Shown here: one piece after another, positions 1 to 13,279 of the stretch
How positions within the stretch are numbered: the stretch's first letter is position 1
Layout of the letters: every line of letters begins with the position of its first letter
DNA from: Parasitella parasitica NRRL 2501
Lineage: Eukaryota; Fungi; Mucoromycota
Length of the DNA stretch: 64,000 bases
NCBI GenBank assembly: GCA_025201805.1
Contig: MU619249.1
Span: 166,584-230,583 of the forward strand
Direction: 5' to 3'
Position numbers and translations under genes: made by a program
Notes under the pieces: model-generated
Seen by the model: the letters and a program-made list of their open reading frames with translations, nothing else
The model's database searches: none
Told to the model about the DNA's origin: nothing

Positions 1-342
1 TTGCTGCTGTTGTTGCTGTTGCATTTGGCGATGATTTTCTTCCATGTGATTCACAGCTTCGACTGTACGCGTTGGAGAATGCGTAGGAGATGGCAGGAAA
101 TCCAAAAAATCAACTACATCAGCAGCACTTGGCTCAGGACCTAATTCTGCCAGTATCTCTGTCTCACTTTTTTGATTTGTAGGCGATATTGGCGAACCAG
201 GATTCGAAACATCTGCTAACAAACTGGCCTTTTTTTTTTCAAATCCCTTTAGTGTAATATCACCATCTTCCAACTCCAACTCTAGGTCTCTTAGTTTTTC
301 CAGGATATCGTCTGGTAAATCTTGGGCATTATCTGATTCCAT
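1..342 (-). CDS. 5' end of a DIP2/Cps1-family protein (N-terminal DMAP1-binding domain), truncated by the window edge
   Basis: Not in the ORF track. ATG at 342 opens a frame running off position 1: MESDNAQDLPDDILEKLRDLELELEDGDITLKGFEKKKASLL..., matching the DMAP1-binding motif (L..LELEL..GDIT.KG(Y/F)EKK) of DIP2/Cps1/Cmr2 proteins. Confidence 0.8.
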   Translation of the reverse strand, partial: MESDNAQDLPDDILEKLRDLELELEDGDITLKGFEKKKASLLADVSNPGSPISPTNQKSETEILAELGPEPSAADVVDFLDFLPSPTHSPTRTVEAVNHMEENHRQMQQQQQQQ

Positions 343-2619
343 TTTGTTGCCGTTTTATAATAATAATAATAACAATAATAATAATAAAAAGATAGAGAAA
401 GAAAGAAAAAGAATATAATGAGAAAAAGAGATTAAGGAGAAGATCGGGGGTCTTTGTTATTTTGAGTTTTGGGTGAAAGGGGAAAGAAAAAAGTTTTGCT
501 TTTTTAAAATTGGGGAGATATATATTTATCTTTTGAGGCAACCGTAGCTGAGTGGTTTGAAACGCAGTAGGCGAAAGATATGTAAGATGGCTCGTGTATT
601 TCTCTGTCTAGTGTAGCACAATGCACAACTTTAATATCACTTTGTGAATCAAAAAACATGTAAAGACTACTACAGAAACAAATGGGATCCCTTGATTTAT
701 TGTCAATCCTACTCTATATTCAATCCTTCTTTCTTCTTGAGAACTATCGTTATCATATATAGCAACCCGTTTAGTATGATATCATTTGGCAACTCCTGGG
801 CACGCTTGGTTTGGTGTACTCTCAAGTTTGAGGTTAAAAATCACATTGGACAAAGTCTTATCGTACAAATAATGGTCAATTCATGTCATTAAGATGTTTA
901 TTTTTAAAGAGTGGCGTACATCAGCTAACCTCATGGTTTATGTGTGACAAAGAGTCCTTTATTTTTCTCTCGTAGCACTTAACTGGTTACATATATACTC
1001 TCTTTTCAATAATTTATCCAAACTATATGCAACAAATTCAGGAACAGGGTTGCAACAAAAGATTCAGGTACCGGCTTGAGATGCACATTTGGCTATTGCA
1101 AATGTATAGATGGATTGCTCTTTTTGTTATTTATACTATCCGTTTCATGTTGACCATATATACCTGTTGGATTGCTTAACTAGGTCTTACCTTTACGTGG
1201 TATGCTATGGTAATTTTTACCATAAATAGGTTCAACTCCATAAAGCTCCGAACAAAGGTATTACTATAATGTCATAGATCAAATTTGGAAACAATCCAAA
1301 AATAGCAAAAATATGGGCGCCCTGATGTTGTTTTTCGAGCCCATTTCTTCATTGTTGTTGTGAAATTGAAGTACATTGTACGCATTACAGCCTCGGTTAA
1401 ATTTGTGAATTTTAATGCAGCTCTTTTGGGCTCAATGTGTACGCAATCCCTCCTTGAATATAATCTAGACACGTGTAGTCGAACGGCAACACTCGTTGGA
1501 AAACAAATACAGTATTTAATGCTGATGGCACAATTCGGCTACGCGGTTTTTATGATATTGGAGTTATCTTATTAGAGATGGCAGGTTACCTTAGAACAAG
1601 GACGCGAGAAAAATCTGCTTCGAAAACAGCAAAGGTATGCTCGCTCTTTTCGCCATGCTCAAAAGTACATCAATCACTTTAACCGTGCTACACCTGAGGC
1701 TTTTCGAAATCTTAAGCTTTAGGCTAGCGGTAAGATAACAAGCAAAAAGGAAGAACACAATAAAAGAAAAATAAAATAACTAACCAAACCCTTAGTATAG
1801 ATGAGCACATTCATCTTTGGTCAGTTCAGTATGCCAGCAATGGCATCTATAAGTTTACTCTTTGGGACAAAGTTAAAGTAACAGAAGACAGATAGCATGT
1901 CCAACAATCATCAGTCTCGCGGCTAGACTTTTGTTTTTAATGTGAAGGTAATACTTTTCCAGTTGTTTGAGCTATATAAAAATTCTTGTATGAACAGCTA
2001 TATAGGGTTGTTTAACAAAGACTGTTGCTATGTTACAAAACTTCAACGTGAGAATGAGGAAACAGCGGCGTCAGCAGCCAGGAAGTTCTACTTTCTGACA
2101 TTATTTGTCCGTTTGACTTACAATACCCATGAAAAGGGTTTTGGAGCGCAAAAAATTGAATGATATATATAAATATGTCTAATCTATAATTTCCAAAAAG
2201 AATGTCAGCGTATTTAACATTGAGTTGTATTAACAGCTTATTACTGTGTAGTGTACTGAGCTTGGCTTTATTCATGTCAATTGTAATTTCCTCCAGATTC
2301 AAAACAAACTAAATTATTCAATGTACCAAAATCAAGCTCATAGTTATCAACTTCCATCTCACATTATGCTCTTAGCAAATGTTCAGTTTCTGGGCTTTAC
2401 TTAATTTAGTCCATTAAGTAAGAAGTTTCAAGAAAAAAGAAAACGTCTAAAAACTTGAGTCCTAATATTTAAAGTATGATCTAAATGTAACTTAGTTATC
2501 CATAAATGTGTATATTCGGTTCCTATTTTTTTCGCAATATTTATTGATGTAATAGTAGAACAACTTCTGGTTGGGCTCGCTATATATGCATCACTGTCAA
2601 ATTATCATCTCAATGTGCA

Positions 2620-3775
2620 TTATTGTTTAATTTTTCTAGCACCAAAAATAGCTGTGCCAACTCTGACATTGTTTGATCCATCTTTCAAAGCTTCTTGATA
2701 ATCACCAGACATACCAAAGCTCGCTTCAAATATATCAAGATTTAACTTTGACTTAATGTCCTGTCTAAGCTCGACAATTTTCTAACATAAAAAAGGGGGG
2801 GGGGGGTTATGAGTTATTCTTTTGTTTCGTATCTACAACATTTCGTACCTCGAAATCAGGGTTGTTGGCAGCATCACGATCTCTCATACCAATAGTCATT
2901 AGCCCGTATAATTCCAAATCTGGGCAGTTTTCCTTGATGTGTTTACAAACGTCCAGAGCATCGGTGGGTTCAACACCGCTTTTAGCTAAATATATTTGTC
3001 AAATCCTCAGTATTATTGTTGCCTCTCGGTTTCGCCAAGTTTTACCTTCTTCTCCACTTGTGTTGACTTGAACATATATTTTCAATTTGTTTTCACGCTT
3101 GGCGTCGGAACAAGCTTTGTTTAATTTATTTGCCAACTTTATACTATCGACAGTTTCCACAATAAACAAGTTAGGAATTCCTAAAACGGTAACATTTAAG
3201 CAAAAAAGGACCAGAATAATTAAATCCCTCAGACTAACCAGCAACATCTTTACATTTGTTTGATTGAAGATGTCCGATAAAATGCCAATCAATCGACGAA
3301 GGTAGCTGATTTAATACGCACTTGATTAATTGAATTGCTGATAAAGGAGCTTCTTTAAGTTACCTTTTGGCTTTTTTCTACCAATTCTTGAACCTATACA
3401 TCAGCCCATTACCAACATGTAGTTTACTTGAAAATCAAGAATAGTTACATAGTTTTCTCCAAAATGTGTTTGACCAGTTTCCATGGCGTACTCAATATCT
3501 TCTGCGGGTTTGTACTTACTAACAGCAACTAAGCGAGCCTTAAAAAAAAGCCAGTTACTAACATTGATTCGTATCAAGTTCATGTAACTTACAGCGTTGG
3601 AACCCTTAAGCTGGTCAACTATTTCTCTAACTTCGCTTAGATTGTTTATAATTTCCTGCTTACGGCCAGCAGCAGAGATGGTAGTGGACATTTGTTGTAT
3701 TATATTTGATTTGCGATAGACCAAATGTGGTGAATAATAAAACAATCTCTTCGACGAAATACGAGACAAAAGCAT
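2620..3775 (-). CDS. Pyridoxal phosphate homeostasis protein (YggS/PLPBP/YBL036C family), multi-exon
   Basis: Exon translations contain RLVAVSKYKP, HFGENY, IDWHFIGHLQSNK, IYVQVNTSGEE, LYGLMTIG, SFGMSGDY and VRVGTAIFGARK; stop TAA at 2620-2622. Alternative start at 3691. Confidence 0.92.
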
Positions 3776-3863
3776 AAAAACGAAAAATCAAAACCAACAA
3801 AAAACACCCTGACATAACACAAAGCTTGTCACCAATATTCTTATTCACCAAACGCAAATTTAT

Positions 3864-6127
3864 TCAATGGCCTCGTTTAATGTTGACGTTAGAGCTCTTT
3901 CTAGACATTTTACTGCTTAAGCTTCTAAACCCCAAGCCATGGCCATAAAATGAGCTATTACTACTACCAACTTGCAGATTTTTAATGCCATCCTCAAAAG
4001 GCAATCCTAATGTAGTGGCATCTTCGGTGCCAGCTTTCTTAGCATATCGCTCTATGTCTGTTTTCGATAAGTTGATGCGGAAAGCAGTTTCTAGGAGTGT
4101 GTCAGGCTGCAGATATTCGTGTGGTATATGTAATAAGAAGGCCAATAATTCAGAATTGGTAGGACACGAATGTAGTAGATGGTCTTTGCAAATGTCCATG
4201 ATGGCTAGACTGACGCGATAAAATACTTTGATGCCTACGCAGAGCATTAGTATTGAAAAGCAGATGCAATGACAGCAAATATACCTTCAAAATAAAACGC
4301 ATCCCATACGCGCAGCACAGAATCCCAAGGCAGTGTCATTGTGAATGCTGTTAAAAACCATTGTGCTATATACATGATGGGTAAAACATCATTGTTCTCT
4401 AAATGTTCTGCTAGCTTTGGGTTTTTGTCTTTGAGAAGCTGCCCAATGATATATGCATCAATTCTTAGTTGCGACAAAGTAGGTGTAAAATATCCATTCA
4501 TGTAGCGATCAATAGTTGACACCAGCAGCCAAAATGTTTCTTCAACTGTCATTTGCATCAACATCAATCCTACTAATCGACCCATTCCCTGACAGTATTC
4601 CAAATGGGAGTTGTATTGCGAATAGGCCTTCAAGATCATACTCAAATCCTTTTGACCTTGCCCCTTTTTGTCCATAAATTGAGTATGGTCTGGGTAACAA
4701 CGAGCAATGTCTCGTTCGATCACATCGTAAATACTGGTTTCTGGCTTCTCTACTAATATCTCGAATTGACCTGCCTTACGGTAATCATCAGAGCCAGCCA
4801 AAAATTGCCATACTTTTGATCTAACCGAGCCAGGAATGCCATTTCGAACCATCTTCTTAAACTTTGCATCTTTTTTTACTGAACCAGCATCCAATTTGTT
4901 TAAAATAGACAGCCATTTGAGTTCATTCTCTCGATACTCTTTCATCGATTTTGATGTCATATTAGATCGTATCGAACCCATACCGGGCCTTGGGCTATCA
5001 GGCTTGATTATAAAACCGTATTCATCTACAGGCATCCTTTCTATTGAAATACTTTTAGGCGATTCTTCTGATACTGATCTGATGGGTGTATCAGCACGTT
5101 CCATGGAATTTCCTGTGCTATCATCTTCCTCTGTCGAATTTCTGTCAGACTCATAAGTTACAATGTATTTGTTATTTAGTTTGGTGGGCGGTAATGGCTT
5201 TGTAAAACCAGTAGTTCCTAGATAGTTGTCGAGATTTTCATCTTCTTCGTCCGAGTAATTCACATTGAACGCTGAAGTATCATATGGGTCGTGATTGTCG
5301 TTATGAATCAGATTTTCATCTGAATAAATTGATGAAGCCTGAGATTGCTGTTGAATTGGTAAATGGGAGATAGAAGATGAGTTGTTGGTGCCGAAACTCT
5401 CATAGCTTGGCTTTCCTGAAGCCCAATGAGGTTGCCCTATACTGTTTTGAAGATGCTGTTGCTGCTGGAGACCGAGATGATCTGAACTCGAAGAACATGA
5501 CTGCAGCGAATCTGTAAGTGTAAAATGCTGTTGCTGCTGATGTTGCTGTAATTGTTGTTGATGATAAAAATGAGGATCTGTTGTTCCATAACTACTCGCT
5601 GAATTTCTATATTGCGAATTATCCGTAGTGAAATCTAATTCAGTATCCAGCGAGTCCAAAACACGAGGATCCAACTCCACAAAATGAACACTTTCAGCAT
5701 TGAAGTTGCCAATTACACCTTCACAATATCCCATATAGATATCATTTTCAATGTGCTTCAGGACAATAATACGTTCTCCTGAAACCCTGCTATTTAGTTG
5801 ATTGTATAAAAACACATTGCCAATATCCTACCTTGGAGATACATAAGTTCTTGCGGCGTGGTTGCAAGAACATCAGCTTTGGATACACATGCTCCTAGTC
5901 CACCTTGATAAAATACAAAGTATCCTTAAATAATCCGGGTATCACCTCCGTTTTCTGTTTATGCTCGTACCTTTTTCTGCAAACTCTTTTAGTTGAGATA
6001 ATGTCATGGTGTCTATATTTATTGGTGAGTTGTCCAATGCTCCAGCTGGATCTTTCAATAGCTGTGCAATTTTCTCATTTATTTCTTCCAAATTTGTTGA
6101 AGTATGTCTGGTTAATTTAGATTCCAT
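3864..6127 (-). CDS. Rab-GAP TBC-domain protein with an N-terminal SH3-like domain, multi-exon
   Basis: TBC motifs GIPGSVRSKVWQFL, IERDIARCYP, YCQGMG and LRVWDAFYFEG. Exons 2-3 splice to ...KADVLATTPQELMYLQGERIIVLKHIENDIYMGYCEGVIGNF (SH3-like). Confidence 0.88.
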
Positions 6128-9100
6128 ATTGAGATGATAAAGAAGAAGAAAGAATAAGGGAAAAAGGTTGGAGTCAACAAATCTATTAAGGAGAAAGTTA
6201 TCTGTGAATTGTGTATTTGTTGTTTGAGATTAGAAGGATTGAGAAGAGGGGTCATTTTGCAATACCCAAATAAAATAGAGTCCATACGAAAAAGGAAAGC
6301 AACCTTCATGTCAACATCCGACAAAAAAAGTAAGTCGCAAATGTAACATTAATGTGTTATTATCCCTGTGCACTATTTCCTGCGAATTTCAGCAATTTGG
6401 ATTTGCAAATACTTTCATACACTTTACCATCACCAACTCTTTGAATTAGAAACTTTTCACTTGTTTCTTAATATCTTAACCAATTAAATGTAATATGCAC
6501 CAAGTTTGTTGTGCATGGATAATAATCATTTTTTGATCCGATTCAAAGTATAAACGTAAAATCTTCTCTGATTACGGCAGTTACTCTGTTCATATAAGTA
6601 GTATTCGATCATGACAGGAAAATACGATATGGATATGAGTGTATATATTATGTCGAATCCCTTTTTTTAGTACATATATACTAGATTAGTTTACATTATT
6701 GAGACGAGTTGTCTTCGCCTCCTGAACTATGGTGAAAAAAACTCGACCTCGCTTCGCTACAATAGTTTTTTTCGACCTTCGTTCTAATGAGGGTTTCCAT
6801 TAATTACAAAACAAAATGCTAATTAAATAGTTTTTTTTAAGAGGGATCTGTTGGCTCGATAATTGGGTCGGCAACATTCGATGGACTCTTATCGCAATCC
6901 CTATTACTTTATAATTTTTCAAATGACCTAATTACAATCCATAAGAAAAACGTAACAGATTTTTTAGCAGCTAGTGAAGTCTTTAGTAATATCTGTTGTA
7001 TCCTTAGAACATATAACGAATACAATGGTCGCCATTATTTTGACTACACTGCCATAGCAACCGCCCCTGGATCGGGTCTAGCGTTTAATGTTGGTAACTT
7101 TGCTGTATACATAGAATTCCATGGTTACCACTATTTATCTCAAATGTCTGACAATCGTTCCTAATTGTATCTAAGGTTGATACCGCCGGTCATACTATAC
7201 AGTAATTAGAAGTAATTAGTAAAATGTCTTGTATAAGAAACCATCTATTTGGGTTCTACTTATTCTAAATTACGAAGCTAAACTTAACGTTGAATGATTC
7301 ATATTCATAATGATTAGCTAAGTGAAATATAATAGGTCTTGGGAGACTATTATTGTGTTATAATTTTGTTTGACACTCATAAAATGTGAAACATGATTTG
7401 ATTGTACTCATAAATTGATTCATGTAGATTTACTGTATTTAAACAGACAGTTTTTTAAAAAGTAATAAGCTCATAGTCAAAAGGTAAAATTAATCAGATA
7501 TAGAATATCATTTATCAATGGGTCAAAGAGGTTTATAGCATATTCAAACTGAGGCAATTTATATAATAAGATCTGCTTAAACGGGGAAATTTATTGTATC
7601 TACTGTATACAACGCGCCATTGTTGTGGATTCATGATATGATCTGGAACAGATTAAGCATTAATTTGATATTTGACTTCTGCGGTTTGGAGCATTCAGTC
7701 AGCTTCCTAAAAACTTTCAACGCCCAAGCTGGATAAACCAATAAAAACAAGTGATTTGAATTACAAACACCGATATCCAATTTGCGAAAATGTTTTTGCA
7801 TACAACTTTTGGTTGACACATTGCCCAGTGGAAAACAAGTAATGCTCATATAGCGATGATCATGCATCTTCTTATAAAGCATGAGACAGTCTTTATCTTT
7901 CTTTTTATTGTAGCCTATAAGCGTTTATATATGATTTTTGCTGATAACTTTATAGATAGCAATAAAAACATCAACACAAATGTCTTTGCTAGATAGCTGT
8001 AAGTGAATACACTATGTTTTCCATATTAGATTGCGGTTCTACGGTTCTTTTAACAGAAGTTATGACGAAATTAGGCCCCCACTTGAACATATTAAAATGT
8101 TAACTTCTACACAATGTTCTCTCGTCATTGTAATCATAGGTATGGTATACTACATATCTCTCACAAACACCAAATTTTCCAGAGGAATAATATTCCTTCT
8201 ATTGCCATACATAAATTCAACCAACATACTTCATTAAGTTGAAGCCCTTGGAATTTTTGACTATGATGTGATACTCGAACATTCCCTACCAGGGATATTA
8301 TGGGTTTATTGATGGTGAAAAAAAGACTACTGTTCATAGTGGATTTTTTAACGCACTTTCTTTTACAAGCAAGAATATTTTGAAGGGTACTGAGTGCATC
8401 AAGTAGCCAGCACTTTTTAATTTGGTCAATTATATATTCATCCAGGTATACGCATTCCCCTTTTCTGTGTATGTGTATTCGCTTGAAATTACTGCCCTAT
8501 TAGGACTGTAAATCAAATGTGAAAAGTTTACACGAATAGCATTTGCTCAAAAATGCTGTTGCTCTTAGTGAGTTGATTAAAATAAAAATGGGCGTTCTTT
8601 ATGCTCTGTAGATAACGCAGCTGCACGTTTATAGCACATTAATTAAAACTGCCTGATAAGATATAATCAAAACGTATAACTTTTGTATGATATGATGAGA
8701 AGTGGGATTGTCCAATTTAGTAAAATTAATAATACACAAAAATCTTCGATTTATAAATACGACAAACGATTAAATAAAATGATGTTTTATTTTTCAAATG
8801 AGGAGATATGAGCATTACAACTGACTATATGAATAAAGCGAGGATATACGTCTTAAATAGAAAAAAGATGATTGAATCACTAGACTTGTCCATATAAACA
8901 ATATTTGTCCGTCCAAATAGAGAGATGCAAAATGGATCTACCCTACATGTACATGTAACTAAACTTTTAGCAAAACAACGTGGATTTGAGCAGCCGCTTT
9001 CGATGTGAAGGATCATCTTTGCTTTTGTATATAGTTAATGGCACTTAACCGATATATATATACTGCATAATTACCTACGCACGCAACAACATCCCTTTAA

Positions 9101-9315
9101 AAAATAAATAAAGAGCCATGCTATCCAAACTATATGTTCTGGTATTCTCTAAATGGTGATATTATAGGCTCAAACTTGTCACACGGCCTTTCAGTCAGGT
9201 GATGGACAGCTTGTTGTAAAAGCAAATGCCGTTGTTTCCCCCTTTTTTGTTATATTTCTTTTCTCTCTTTCTACCTCTTTTCATTCTCTCAAGCTCAACT
9301 GTACATATCATCCCT

Positions 9316-10559
9316 ATGTTCAACTCATTTGCAGCCATATTTATTATCGGCATAATTGTGTTTTTCATAATCACTGTATTCCTGCTTTGTTTTACAAGGT
9401 CTTCTATCGAGTTGCCGATATCACTAGGTGGCTACTCTGAATTTGATGAATGGCCGCTTGATTCAGACGAAGCAATAGCTTGTCTACCAGAAGACGCAAG
9501 ACTAAGTTATGATAGAGCCAAAGGTGAATTTTACTGCACCTATAAGAATTATAAAGCTAATAATGACATGCACAGTTTGGCAAGATAGGCACCCACCAGA
9601 TAGTATTCCAACGGATATAACTCCACCGCAATTCCTGTCGATTCAGGAGAAAGGGGTTTCTGCGTTTGAATTCGAAGGCGAGCCTGATGCAAACGTCTAT
9701 GTAGCAGGAAGGACAGAACTGCAATTCATTGGTGGCGAATGCTCGATTCAGACAAACTTACCGCTGCCTAGACACCAAGAAGTTTACTATTGGGAGGTAA
9801 GAATGAGAGATTACTCATGAATATTCCGTATATTCATCCAAAATCCAATGTCGAGATAGGCCAAAATGTTTGAAAAGCCCGAAACAACAACAGTTTCTGT
9901 GGGCGTTGCAACAAAACCATACCCAACATGGAGACTACCAGGTAATTGCGCTTGATGTGGGATATATAGTATAGCAATAGTAATTTGATATCAAAGGTTG
10001 GAACCGTTATTCAATTGGCTACTTTTCAAATAACGGATGTAAATATTTCTCGTCGCCCTTCAACGGCAAGCCGTACGGCATCCCATTCAACCACGGCGAT
10101 ATTATTGGGGTTGGATATAGACATAGAACAGGCACAGTATTCTTCACTCGAAATGGCCGCAGATTAGAAGATGCTTACACTGGATTACGGTGGAATCTGT
10201 TTCCCACGATAGGTGCCAATGGCCCATGCCAAATACATGTCAATTTGGGTCAGTCTGGTTTTGTGTTTGTGGAAGCCAATGTAAAAAAGTGGGGATTGGC
10301 ACCATCTCAGGGCACATTAGCGCCTCCACCTGCTTATGGTATTGAAATTGACACAATTTTGCTAGCAACTGCGGGCGGACAACTATCATCTTCTTCATCC
10401 AGCAGACCATTGGAAAACGACAACTATTCGATGCATAGTAATCGGCAATTAAGCACATTAATCACTGTGGATGACGACGATCGTGAAGCAAATCAATCCA
10501 TACCAGACCCACCACCTTACTCAAACAACAATAACGCAAGAGATAATTTGCTGGATTAA
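9316..10559 (+). CDS. SSH4: Ssh4/Ear1-like single-pass SPRY-domain Rsp5 adaptor, multi-exon
   Basis: N-terminal TM helix, IQEKGVSAFEFE, IQTNLPLP, YYWE, GVATKPYPTWRLPG, VNLGQSGFVFVEANVKKWGLAP..GTL, and PPxY motifs (PPPAY, PPPY). Confidence 0.9.
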
Positions 10560-10612
10560 GAAATCATACCCCACCCTCCCCTTTTTCTTTTAATCATCAT
10601 CATGTATATTTT

Positions 10613-11823
10613 TTAAAGGTATGCTAAAACAAGAGCAGCAGATGGCACCAAATCTATAGGAAATAAGATCAATCATTCGGCCTTCTTTTTTTTAATAGTA
10701 AAAACAGTATATAAGCAAAAACTTACTCAGCTCTTTCAATGATTTTTGCTGATCTTCAGAGCCAAACGTCTTTCTAGGGAAAGTGGTGGACAAAGTAAAA
10801 GGATTGGCTAAACCTTGAGATTGCAGATAATCGAATACCTGATTCAAAGGCGCATTGGCATCAAATGTGTGAGTGATGGGCGCTGCTCCAGGAGCACGAA
10901 TTTGAATTCTTGCTTCGTTGTATTCCTTTTTGACAGGAGGTTGAGCTGAACCAACAGTCTCTACTTGAGCTTGTGCAGCTTGGTGCGCTTGTTTAGCTGC
11001 CTTCTTTGCGGCACGTTCCTTTCTGTCTTGTTCGATCTGTGCTTTGATCTTTGCCTTGGCAATTCTATCTTGCTCCTTTTCCTTCTTTTTCAAGTCGAAT
11101 ATTTTCTTTATTTCTTTAGCTTCTATGGCTTCTTTTGCGGCGCTGATGTCTTGCGCGGCCTTTCTTCTTATTTTTTCAGCTTGCTTGCGATCTTCAATCT
11201 CTTGTAGATGGCTTTCAGCACGTTTAGATGCCAGGCGAGTTTTCAACTCGGCTAATTTGGCCTTCTTCTCTTCATCTGTCAATGGCTTAATTGGTTCTGT
11301 GCTTTCTGCAAAGTCTTGGTGACCAGTGAAAGTAGCATGTCTCTCGGCTCCAACAGCATCGCGGAATAATTTCTTACATTCGTTACATATTAAACTCTGA
11401 GCCGTTTGCTCACCATCCTTAATTTCTCCTATAAAAAGAAGCTGTCAAACCATAGATACACTTTATACACTACTGGATATAAGTATATACCTGGTTCGTC
11501 AGTAGTAGCTGTTACTAATGTACTACTGGCACTTCCTAGTGCTTGAGGAGGCGTTACTTCTTCGTCAGGCTCATCAGAAACTTCCGGATGAGCAAGGATC
11601 CTAATGATATAGTAATATTAGCAGATGAAAATCAATTGATAGCCTGCCGCCCACAATACCAATCCATAGCAGGCTGAAGACCAGCGCCATTCGTTGCTTT
11701 AATAGCCTTCTTTCTGTATATTGACAAATAGAAATTAAAAATCGCGTCCAACGTTTGCGCCAAAACCTACGCTTTAACAGGAGAGAATCCCATGTCGATG
11801 AGAGTATCTAGATCGCTTGCCAT
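10613..11823 (-). CDS. UBA / C2H2-finger / coiled-coil / UBX protein (UBXN1-like Cdc48 cofactor), multi-exon
   Basis: MASDLDTLIDMGFS (UBA), CNECKKLFR...HATFTGH (C2H2), ARIQIR...TTFPRK...LVPSAAL (UBX). Confidence 0.88.
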
Positions 11824-12646
11824 TTTAATGTATAGTTATTAATACAAAAGGGCACAATGCATTAGATTACGAATACGCTTATGCTATGTACCCCTCCCCA
11901 TCACACCGTCACGAAAATCTTCAGACATGTGCCCATTGTTTCCATTGTAGCCTGTGCATGGTAGTAAACCTCCTCTAAAGCTCATGATCTACCTCCCCCC
12001 CCTCTCTCTCTCTTAGGTCTCCTACTGTAAACTGAATCTCTTGATTGCTTACATGCCTTTATTAGTCAGACGACTATCAACATAGTTGCGCACTTGTCAT
12101 TATCCTAGTAAAAACTGTTCAACATTCTCGCATCGTATGAGCTATAATTTTTGGTTTGCAATATTTCCCTTGCTGAGTAATTCCATCTAACTCGCTTCCA
12201 ACTTTCTGCGGACTCCAACCTTGTCTTTCGCCATGCTTTACACTGGGATTTGCTTGATGAGTTTGATTCAGCCAGTCTGAATCTTGCATATGCTCATCTT
12301 TGGGCGAACCGCTTTAGTCTGGATCGAAGCTGTATATATAATGCACGTCAAGAGCAGACATGTACATAGACCAACGCGGATACAATAAATATTGACATTT
12401 ATCAACTTCATTATTTTGCAATGCCTAATCAAGCAACTAAGTATAAAGGATGCAACCTTTTGATTTGTTGTGGGGGATGACCCAGGCCCTTTTTAAGCTC
12501 GAGTAACCTGCGACGCCACACATACAATGGTATCATGATTTACTACTGGGCTGCAGCAGCATATGTGGGGTCATAAAAAGAGGATCATTTGCAGTTTAAT
12601 TGTTTGCTTCTTTCTCTTTTTCTCATATACTTTTATCTACACATAA

Positions 12647-13279
12647 ATGACATCAAATCAATCAATTTCATTTTCTCCTCAGAAATCACATCAATTGGCT
12701 CAAGAAGTAGTAACTTTTAAACCAATTCCAACTGTAGATTTTAATGTAGTCAAAAACAGCATGGCATCAAAGGTAAAAAGACTCGGCTCTCTGCTAGTTA
12801 GGAATAAGTCAAGGCCCTGGGCCACTGACAGGTTGACAATAACATCGTCCACGTCGGCATTGTCGCTACTATCAACCACAACCGACGATGATTCAGAGGA
12901 AGAGCATGTTGCGACACCAAATGCTTCCACAACTGAATTCAAAGACATTTTGACAATCCCTAACAGTAACACTGTCAATCAGATGAATCTGGATGTTGTG
13001 TCTGTTACACCAAAAGATCAATCCAATCAGTCGTCAGTCGTGGTTGTTGACACAATCGAGCCATCGGCAAAGCAGCAGACTAGATATAAAAGAAGGATAG
13101 TGTCATCGCTTGAAAAACGAGATCCAAACAACCGCAAACCCTTGTCGGATGTTTTCATGGTCATACACCATCTAAGGATGGCATTTGAAGAAGCCGATAG
13201 CGAAATAGACCAACAAATCGAATACGGCCACCGTCAGATGTTGAATTCGATTATAATCACACCGTTTACATTGTGTTGA
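12647..13279 (+). CDS. Hypothetical intronless S/T-rich 210-aa protein
   Basis: ATG in A-rich context after a pyrimidine-rich leader; 210-codon ORF; no recognisable domain. Confidence 0.6.
   Translation: MTSNQSISFSPQKSHQLAQEVVTFKPIPTVDFNVVKNSMASKVKRLGSLLVRNKSRPWATDRLTITSSTSALSLLSTTTDDDSEEEHVATPNASTTEFKDILTIPNSNTVNQMNLDVVSVTPKDQSNQSSVVVVDTIEPSAKQQTRYKRRIVSSLEKRDPNNRKPLSDVFMVIHHLRMAFEEADSEIDQQIEYGHRQMLNSIIITPFTLC

Noticed and set aside
538-600. tRNA-like A box (GTAGCTGAGTGGTTTG)
   Set aside because: No convincing B box, acceptor stem or cloverleaf.
6400-9200. Long intergenic stretch with short coding-like frames (about 6950-7165, 7631-7882, 8031-8237)
   Set aside because: No recognisable motif, TIR, LTR or transposase signature; cannot support a call.
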